A stretch of DNA of 64,000 nucleotides from positions 1 through 64,000 of IMG/VR virus record IMGVR_UViG_2767802241_000002; one strand, written 5' to 3'. Made by a program: the position numbers and the translations under genes. Below, piece after piece: positions 57,397 through 64,000 of this stretch; the stretch's first letter is position 1, and each line of letters starts with the position of its first letter. Source of the stretch: a virus (lineage: Duplodnaviria > Caudoviricetes). Below the pieces are notes generated by a model. The model was not told where the DNA came from. It was given only the letters and a program-made list of their open reading frames with translations, and searched no databases.

Positions 57397-57535
57397 CCTA
57401 CTCACACCTTGCCCTGATCTGCAAAAGCTAGAATCAGGGCAGGCTAGTGCCGTGATTCTTTGGGCTGTGGATGTTGTCATTAAATATAATGAGTGTAAGG
57501 CGAGGCATGGGGCGGTGGTGAGGGTGATTGATTGA
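57290..57535 (+). CDS. Outer-membrane spanin (Rz1-like), overlapping Rz
   Basis: Lipobox MTAC, Pro-rich, Y.EC..RH; start codon uncertain. Confidence 0.75.
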   Translation, partial: HVKCKRSLIVLFISISVLMMTACQQSTVLSPSIPANLLTPCPDLQKLESGQASAVILWAVDVVIKYNECKARHGAVVRVID

Positions 57536-57684
57536 GGGGTGGAGGATTAACTAAATTGAATTCTAAGCCGACCTTATCAACAGATGGGAGCTACTTAATA
57601 CCCCGAAAGAACCCCGAAAATGCCCCTAACAAAAAAGCCCACTTTTTAAGATGGGCTTTAACGTGTTGATTTAACAACTAAATT

Positions 57685-57729
57685 TGGTAGGCATATCCAG
57701 ATTTGAACTGGAGACCTCTACGATGTCAA
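57685..57729 (-). other. att core: 3' half of tRNA-Val(GAC)
   Basis: Minus strand TTGACATCGTAGAGGTCTCCAGTTCAAATCTGGATATGCCTACCA; 5' half absent; IHF-consensus sites on both sides. Confidence 0.88.
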
Positions 57730-57860
57730 GGTAATGTATATCTATATAAATCAATAGCTTAAGTTTATTTGGGGCAATATTGGGACAATTGCAAAGTTAT
57801 CCACAATAAATTGATGATTTTAATGACTATTATACATGTCTTATAAAAGAAGAAAGAGGG

Positions 57861-58146
57861 TTAATTAACCCTCTTTCTACCTGTCTTTTGTTTACCTAAA
57901 CTTAGGATACGTTCTGCTTCTTCTGGATTGTATAAATGCTTATTTGGTGTTCCTTTATTTATTGGTAATAAGCGGCTCCTGATGGTCTTAACATCTAGAT
58001 TGTATTGTTTCGATAAATAAGCTGCTGATACCAATTGAGGGCTAATATCTTTAATTGATATGACTTTAGCACCACCAATTTCTGCACCTACATGTAAGGC
58101 TGGTGCCTCACCTTGCACCGTAATAGCGTAAATACCTACTCCCATC
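57861..58146 (-). CDS. Excisionase-like DNA-binding protein
   Basis: Next to att; VSA..LSKQYNL..KTIR..L...LYNPEEA, basic tail. Confidence 0.6.
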
Positions 58147-58277
58147 ACTCTCTCCACATCGCTTCTTTAAATTTCGATTCAGTTATTAATTCTTCAATTT
58201 CATATAAATAAACATTATGAAATATATGGGTCATTTTGTTGCCGAACACAGTAAGTGTCTGGCTGATCGATGAATAG

Positions 58278-59552
58278 CTAAACTTCATGTTCACGCTCCA
58301 GTGCTGCACGGCGTTTATAAACCTCAGCCATTAACTTCTTCTGCATATCTGGTGCTCTGGCACTGATATCTATTTCAAGTGCATCAAGCGCCGTGAGATC
58401 TGCTGCATTTTGAATATCACGCATAAGGCTTGGAGCTTCGGAACTTACTGACTGCTCGAACTGTGATAAACGTTTACTGATAGCAACCAATAATGGTTTA
58501 CGTTGCTCTTCGCTCCATGCAGTTGTATAGCGAACTGGCGCATTGGCTTCGGTCGGTGTTTGTGCATTTACTACATCAACAAGCAGATCATCGAGTTTGA
58601 TTTGATATTCGCGTTCGTCAAATGCATCCTCTAAATCTTTCAGAATGCTGTTGGTAAACATGCGGGATTGCGCAACAGAGTTCTTTAAGCGTTCCAGTTC
58701 ATCTTTGCTTGATGCCTTTGCCACATCAGCTTTAATTTGCTTAGCAATGTTCAAAGGATTTAATTCATCTGAAATCGAAGCCAGTACTTTCTTGCGTTCA
58801 TCGTATGTGGTCATTAACAAATGACCTTGTTCGCCGTGTAAATTACGAAGATCAGGCAGCAGGGCTTCTAGTTCTTCAACTGAAGTGGCTGTAGCAATAC
58901 GTTCACGTAGAATCTTGATTTCATCTTTGTTGTTGCTAAAATCAATCAAGTTATCCGTCTCAACAACGGTATCGCCGACAGCTGTGATAGTTACGGCATC
59001 AGGTTCAGCTGCCTTTAATGATTCAATGGCAGCATCGGTCAGTGTTGTATCTTGAACATCACTAATTGCAGTTTGTGCCGCTTCCTTTTTAACTCTTGGT
59101 TTTCGAGTCTGCTTGGGTTTTTCGTCATCTAATCGAACAACAGGGCAGTCGCCAACCAGCTCGCGACCTAAAACCCTACTAAATGCCTGTAACTGCTGTT
59201 TAGCATTATCTTCATCTCGTTGCGCAAAGCCGCTATTAATTGCTTTGACTAACTTTGAGAAAGTAGCTTTATTAAACTCGCTAATGTGAATAGATGTATC
59301 ATGCGTATTAACGATATAGATTTCCTGACCTTCAATAATTTCATCAAAGGTCAATGGCTTAGTGAAAGTAATACCGGCGACTTCTATTGTTTCAATCTTG
59401 ATGCAAAATTCATAACCAGACTTGGCAAAAATGGTCGCAGGGAATTGGTCCAAGTCATCAAATTCAAGCATTTCACCTGCAGCACGGCAAAGCACATGCT
59501 TGCCGGCCATAACTGCGTTAAAAGCTTCTTGAGCAGAAATTAGATTGTTCAT
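58278..59552 (-). CDS. Hypothetical protein with repeated helical motifs
   Basis: Repeats of I..A.S..EL..L; coupled to the ATPase gene. Confidence 0.75.
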   Translation of the reverse strand: MNNLISAQEAFNAVMAGKHVLCRAAGEMLEFDDLDQFPATIFAKSGYEFCIKIETIEVAGITFTKPLTFDEIIEGQEIYIVNTHDTSIHISEFNKATFSKLVKAINSGFAQRDEDNAKQQLQAFSRVLGRELVGDCPVVRLDDEKPKQTRKPRVKKEAAQTAISDVQDTTLTDAAIESLKAAEPDAVTITAVGDTVVETDNLIDFSNNKDEIKILRERIATATSVEELEALLPDLRNLHGEQGHLLMTTYDERKKVLASISDELNPLNIAKQIKADVAKASSKDELERLKNSVAQSRMFTNSILKDLEDAFDEREYQIKLDDLLVDVVNAQTPTEANAPVRYTTAWSEEQRKPLLVAISKRLSQFEQSVSSEAPSLMRDIQNAADLTALDALEIDISARAPDMQKKLMAEVYKRRAALEREHEV

Positions 59553-60658
59553 GCCACATTTACCTCGCGTGCGTATTTTTCAATATCAGCTATAACTTCA
59601 GATAGGCGTGATGGGTGGATCTGCATCAGTGAATCAATTCCCAAGTATTCGCATGTTGATTTAACATCAAGACCGCGTGATGCAATTAGCTGTTGCAACT
59701 CGTTACGCTGCTCGATTGTCATTGCTTCCGTTTCATTTGCAGGCTGGTAATTCTGCTGGTGTAACTGAGCCTCATGCTCTCGATTAGCTTGCTCTCTTTT
59801 TTGAATAATAGAGATTAGGCTGTTGCGAGTTTCTTCGAATTTCTGCTGCTGTAGGTCTAGCAAGCTGTTCATTTGGCGCTTAGCGCAATAATTATCAATA
59901 TTCACACCGGCTTGAATCATTAGGTTTTCAATTTCTAGGTATTGATCGCCGTTTATTGTTGCGTCGGCAGATCCTGACTCAAGCCATTGCTTTAAGCGGA
60001 TGCCAGTTTGCTCTGTAATTTGTTCTGGTTGAACGAATAGTCCGGTACGATCTTTTGTCGCATTTGCATAGTAGTCGCCGTGAGTAATATCTAGAACGGT
60101 AGTGAACTCATATTCGATACCATCACGTTGCTCTGATTTGAGTCCAAGCTTTTCAACTTTCTTTTTACCGTTGGTATCATTGGTTTGCACGGTGTCCATT
60201 TTGCTGCGCATAGTGACAATGATGTTGATACTTGAGTGCAGCATTGCATCAATAAATTTACGATGGCGCGGAGTAACCTCACTCCATGCACCCCACGTAT
60301 TACCTTTAAACTTTCCTTTGCCAAGAGCATCTACGATTTCTAAACAACCGCCAACACCCGACCATTCATGTGTAATACTGTCTAAAATAACAGTTGAATA
60401 TCCAGCGTGTTCAGCAGCTTGAATTGCGGAAATAAACTTCTCTGGTGAATAAGGTGGTTGAATATTTGCTGTATCGAACTCAACAACATCGGCATAAAGT
60501 TCAGCACTACTATTTTCTGTATCTACTACAGCAATCTTACCCCCAATGCCTTTAGCAATGAGTAGTGCACCCATTGTTTTACCTGAACCAGTAGGGCCAG
60601 AGAGTGCGAGGCGCAATTTAGCGTTTTTACGTTCTGCTTTTTTGAAGAATACTGACAT
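59549..60658 (-). CDS. AAA_24 / Sak4-like recombination ATPase
   Basis: GPTGSGKT, VDTE, ILDSITHEW, EYEFT. Confidence 0.88.
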   Translation of the reverse strand: MSVFFKKAERKNAKLRLALSGPTGSGKTMGALLIAKGIGGKIAVVDTENSSAELYADVVEFDTANIQPPYSPEKFISAIQAAEHAGYSTVILDSITHEWSGVGGCLEIVDALGKGKFKGNTWGAWSEVTPRHRKFIDAMLHSSINIIVTMRSKMDTVQTNDTNGKKKVEKLGLKSEQRDGIEYEFTTVLDITHGDYYANATKDRTGLFVQPEQITEQTGIRLKQWLESGSADATINGDQYLEIENLMIQAGVNIDNYCAKRQMNSLLDLQQQKFEETRNSLISIIQKREQANREHEAQLHQQNYQPANETEAMTIEQRNELQQLIASRGLDVKSTCEYLGIDSLMQIHPSRLSEVIADIEKYAREVNVA

Positions 60659-61122
60659 TACGCATCCTCCCCAAGACGGTTTTTCATCATGTAGCCAGCA
60701 ATCAAAGCATTGATATTGCGGTGATCACTAGAATCAGTGAAATCGCTGAATTGAGTACCATCACGCGTTACTACGCTATTCACGCTAAGCTGAGTCACAT
60801 CGATAGCAGTGAACTCAGAACCCAGTACGCCGTAACTATCTTCATGCGCTTCGAAGTCGAAAGACACATTCAGAACAAAGTCATCGAGCAGAATATTCGC
60901 CGTGCCAGAGTTGTCACCAGTTAAGACAAGGGACTGTAATTCGTAGGTAGAAGGAATCGCAGCAGGGGAAGCCACTGGTGCTTGAACTGCATTTGTTTTA
61001 AGTGCTGTTAAGCCGACAACGCTTAAAGCACCAACTAAAACAAGCGTGCTAAATGGTCGACGGCGTACAAGAGTTGTAACACCCGATAAACTAGGATTGA
61101 AAGAAATGGGTTTTGCGTTCAT
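60658..61122 (-). CDS. First PL gene, homologue of 9550-10011
   Basis: Near-identical protein. Confidence 0.8.
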   Translation of the reverse strand: MNAKPISFNPSLSGVTTLVRRRPFSTLVLVGALSVVGLTALKTNAVQAPVASPAAIPSTYELQSLVLTGDNSGTANILLDDFVLNVSFDFEAHEDSYGVLGSEFTAIDVTQLSVNSVVTRDGTQFSDFTDSSDHRNINALIAGYMMKNRLGEDA

Positions 61123-61196
61123 AATCCACCTGTTGTTAGAAAAAGCACATTTGATTTGACGGTCGGTGTGCTTTTTTGTTGTCTTGATGAATAGTA

Positions 61197-61270
61197 TGTT
61201 CAACTAATTGAACTAAAGTGTCAAGACTTTGTTCGAAATATTGTATATCTATTTATTCAGTATATTGAAC
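61197..61270 (-). promoter_or_regulatory. PL/OL of prophage 2
   Basis: GTTCA-N6-TGAAC palindromes matching OR2; TTGACA on minus strand. Confidence 0.75.
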
Positions 61271-61455
61271 TTATATGTTTTAATAGACAAAAGAAAACCC
61301 GCACAGGGCGGGTTAGATGGAGTTTGTTAATATGATTGGCATTACCAAAAGTGGTGAGCTAATAGAGATATCTAAAGATGGACCTAAGGGCGGAACTAGA
61401 TTGGTGGGCATTCTTATCTGTGATCCAGAAGAGCTCCCTCAAGAGCTCATCAAGG

Positions 61456-61692
61456 TTAAAGTGCGTTACCAGAGCCCAGACGATCAACACAATCTAGCTT
61501 GTTGCCAAGATATTTTACGCATACATCCACGCCAGATTCAGGGTGTTCATGGTGAAGCACCATCAAAACCTCATAAGTCTTATCGTTGGATAGGACTATC
61601 CATTCACCGATTCTCGGAAGGTTTTCAAATTTATGTGCATACAAAGCCTTTTCGGCACCTTGTTCAAACTCTATTAAAGAAACTTCAATCAT
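61456..61692 (-). CDS. Hypothetical protein (immunity-region cargo)
   Basis: GGAG RBS before MIEVSL; LPRIGEWI motif. Confidence 0.65.
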   Translation of the reverse strand: MIEVSLIEFEQGAEKALYAHKFENLPRIGEWIVLSNDKTYEVLMVLHHEHPESGVDVCVKYLGNKLDCVDRLGSGNAL

Positions 61693-61784
61693 AATATCTC
61701 CAGCTAATCTTTTTCCGAAAGGACTCGCTATATTCACAGTAAAGGTGTTTCATGAATAAAAACGAATCTTTAATTGTTAAGCGT

Positions 61785-62165
61785 TTACTTTGGGCTACTA
61801 TTTTTTTCAATAGCGTAACTTTGATCTGCATGTTTATTATCATTTTCTGTCTTATAAAATACTGAAAAATATATAGTCACAAGGATTGAAATAGCAGCCA
61901 GTAGTGATGCAATACACCCAACAATAAACGTGGGCGTAACTGTCCAGTGAGGTTTGCTTGACCTTTGAATTTGACGAGAAGTTAATTCATAGCTGATAGC
62001 TTGAAGTAATGGGGCAGAAATCAAACCATCCCTAGATTCACCACTAAGAAGCTTAAGCAGTTCATCATCTGAAAGTTTTTTAATTGTCTCAATGGTTAAT
62101 AGGGTTCTTTTTATTTGGGGTGGCTTTGACGCATTAGGCAGCATGTCTTTCGGTATTTGAAACAT
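61785..62165 (-). CDS. Single-TM hypothetical protein (immunity-region cargo)
   Basis: AGGA RBS; TM FIVGCIASLLAAISILVTIYF. Confidence 0.7.
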   Translation of the reverse strand: MFQIPKDMLPNASKPPQIKRTLLTIETIKKLSDDELLKLLSGESRDGLISAPLLQAISYELTSRQIQRSSKPHWTVTPTFIVGCIASLLAAISILVTIYFSVFYKTENDNKHADQSYAIEKNSSPK

Positions 62166-62269
62166 AATTTTCCTAAAATTTAAAGGAAACCCGTTGCAAA
62201 GATTGCATCGGGTTGCAGGTTTAAATTAATTACTTCTTATTATGCCGAAGCACTACTCTAGGCACCTTA

Positions 62270-62569
62270 TTACTCCGAGTACTTCTCTAAAAACTCATCA
62301 ATCCAGCCTTGCACCGCCTCACGATTTGTTATGTCAGCCAGTTTTAAACTAGTGCCCTCAGCTTCGTTAAAACCCTCAATAATGGCTTCAAAGATATTAG
62401 CCTCAGCAATGACCTCATTTGCCATTTCTGCAGCGTCATAGCTCTGTTTAGCTCTTTTAAGCGCTGCAATTTGCTTGTCGATTCCATCGCCCATTTTAGC
62501 CAATGCCATTTTAAATTCTTGACGATTAATCGTTAGCGCGGTTTTGGATTTATTAAGTGTTGCGATCAT
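62270..62569 (-). CDS. Conserved hypothetical downstream of cI, homologue of 13227-13529
   Basis: Protein identical except for the last residues. Confidence 0.82.
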   Translation of the reverse strand: MIATLNKSKTALTINRQEFKMALAKMGDGIDKQIAALKRAKQSYDAAEMANEVIAEANIFEAIIEGFNEAEGTSLKLADITNREAVQGWIDEFLEKYSE

Positions 62570-62609
62570 TGTGATTTCCTTCTTTAATAATTTTCATCAT
62601 AAGACCTTC

Positions 62610-63335
62610 TTAAATTTCACCATCATAAGAGTGGGATATATATTTTCCAATTACACTAATATGCTCTAATTGATCAGGATCTACAATTTCACGCTCATAT
62701 GCGGGGTTATCACTATCAATTATTAAGGCGCCATCGTACCGAAGAGATAAGCGCTTAATTTTTAATTCGTTGCCATAGCGAATAGCATAAACTCTACCTG
62801 ATTGAATTTGCTGCAATGTGTTTATGGATTTATCCAGCGTAACAACACTACCATTCGGAATTCTTGGTTCCATGCTATCGCCATCAATATCAACCGTTAT
62901 TAAGTTCTTAGGTGAAACTCTTTTCTTGTGAATCCAATCTAGTAATTGAGCTGTGCCTAGCTCTTGCCTAGCAGGCTCAAACTCAACGATATGTCCATTG
63001 CCAGCAGAAAACTTAACATCAACATGAGGAATAATCACATAAACATTTGGATCTAAATCCTCGGGAGCTTCCCATGCTAGTACAGGTTTGCATTTAACAC
63101 CTTCAAGCTGGCTATCATCTTGAGTTGGTGAGCCAGCACCATCTAAAAGCCATTGAGGTGTTGTTTTTAGAGCTGTAGATAGAGCACCAATGTGTTTTGC
63201 GCTAGGGCTATTCGATCCATTGAACCACCCAGAAATCGTACCTCTTGCAGCCCCTGTGAGACGCATTAAGTCTGCTTGATTCATGCCAAGTTCAGACATC
63301 CGTAATCTAATTCTATCTGAAACTGTCTGTTGCAT
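62610..63335 (-). CDS. cI: CI-like repressor (HTH + S24)
   Basis: HTH QADL...GTISGW; FSAG, GDSM, IKRL. Confidence 0.95.
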   Translation of the reverse strand: MQQTVSDRIRLRMSELGMNQADLMRLTGAARGTISGWFNGSNSPSAKHIGALSTALKTTPQWLLDGAGSPTQDDSQLEGVKCKPVLAWEAPEDLDPNVYVIIPHVDVKFSAGNGHIVEFEPARQELGTAQLLDWIHKKRVSPKNLITVDIDGDSMEPRIPNGSVVTLDKSINTLQQIQSGRVYAIRYGNELKIKRLSLRYDGALIIDSDNPAYEREIVDPDQLEHISVIGKYISHSYDGEI

Positions 63336-63350
63336 TTAATAATCTCCTAT

Positions 63351-63412
63351 TTGTTCAGAATTATGAACAAACGTATTGACAATTGCTTGAACAAAATGTT
63401 CAAATGATTGAA
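63351..63412. promoter_or_regulatory. OR/PR of prophage 2
   Basis: TTGTTCA-N6-TGAACAA, TTCA-N6-TGAA; TTGACA. Confidence 0.75.
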
Positions 63413-63436
63413 GTATTTTTGTTTGAGTAATTGAAT

Positions 63437-63625
63437 ATGACGGTAGAGCAATTAATGGCTTTCTATGAAGCTAAAAATAAGTCGCATCTAGCAAACATAA
63501 TAGGTGTTGCAAGATCAACCGTGACCGCATGGGAGCAAAACGGCATCCCACCTCGCACCCAAGCTACCTTTGAAGTCCTAACAAAAGGCAAGCTAAAAGC
63601 TGATCTACAAACATTAATCGCATAA
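63437..63625 (+). CDS. cro: Cro-like protein
   Basis: LA..IGV.RSTV..W...GIP; divergent from cI. Confidence 0.88.
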   Translation: MTVEQLMAFYEAKNKSHLANIIGVARSTVTAWEQNGIPPRTQATFEVLTKGKLKADLQTLIA

Positions 63626-63641
63626 TTACATAGGTGAATTT

Positions 63642-63875
63642 ATGAGCCTCGAAAAAAAATCTATTCATGTTCGTATCGAAGTGGATATGCATAGCCGTCT
63701 CTCTGTTTTGGCTGATTTAGATGAAAACGAAATAGCTGCTCAAGCTGCGATCTTTTTAGAGATGATGATCATGGCTAAGTGGCATGTTGTAAATGTAACA
63801 GCCAAAAAAATGAATCGCTTGGGATTGACGGGGAATCAGGGGGATGTAAGGGATTTGCGAGTTTTAGGCAAATAA
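63642..63875 (+). CDS. CII-position regulator
   Basis: MSL.K...R, C-terminal L.V.GK like 14484 ORF. Confidence 0.6.
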   Translation: MSLEKKSIHVRIEVDMHSRLSVLADLDENEIAAQAAIFLEMMIMAKWHVVNVTAKKMNRLGLTGNQGDVRDLRVLGK

Positions 63876-64000
63876 AAACCGCTTCTACTGTGAATAGAAG
63901 CGGTCAGTAATTCACTAATTAGGAAACCAATGAATATGAAATCAAATATATCAAAACCAGCCGTAGCAAGCAATGACACGGCGACAGATTTCGTCCGAGG

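Larger units (their letters stand above)
3578..57684. mobile_element. Prophage 1, lambdoid siphovirus (~54 kb)
   Basis: Integrase, immunity, replication, Q, head, tail and lysis modules in canonical order; boundaries approximate. Confidence 0.93.
57730..64000. mobile_element. Prophage 2, left arm (continues beyond window)
   Basis: att core, recombination genes, second cI/cro/cII; blocks of near identity with prophage 1. Confidence 0.9.

Noticed and set aside
57685-57729. Functional tRNA-Val
   Set aside because: Only anticodon loop to CCA present; D arm and 5' acceptor strand missing
61317-61694. 125-aa plus-strand ORF
   Set aside because: Mostly antisense to the better-supported 61456-61692 gene; only the 5' part might be a remnant

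Overview
AT-rich Acinetobacter-like chromosomal window (host genus inferred from gene content and style, not confirmed by a search). Bases 1-3500 are the IS-riddled edge of an island downstream of a tRNA-Ile2(CAT) gene: a decayed IS982-family element and an intact IS3-family element. From about 3580 to 57680 lies a complete-looking lambdoid siphovirus prophage (integrase, recombination genes, cI/cro/cII, replication with iterons, Q, head, tail, lysis). It ends at a 3' half of tRNA-Val(GAC), after which a second, related but apparently heteroimmune prophage begins and runs off the window. Main points of interest: (i) a cytosine methylase + DUF262 + HEPN cassette in the slot where lambda carries rexAB, replaced by other cargo in prophage 2; (ii) a ~10 kb moron island between the tail chaperone and tape measure genes, with two inverted P22 immI-like (mnt/arc/ant) switches, a Panacea antitoxin pair, a beta-barrel protein with a DUF3761-like loop, and a second tail-chaperone paralogue; (iii) a family of leader hairpins with TTGG(A)CGG-type loops; (iv) prophage ends that do not match each other. 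All family assignments come from motif recognition by eye, not database searches.
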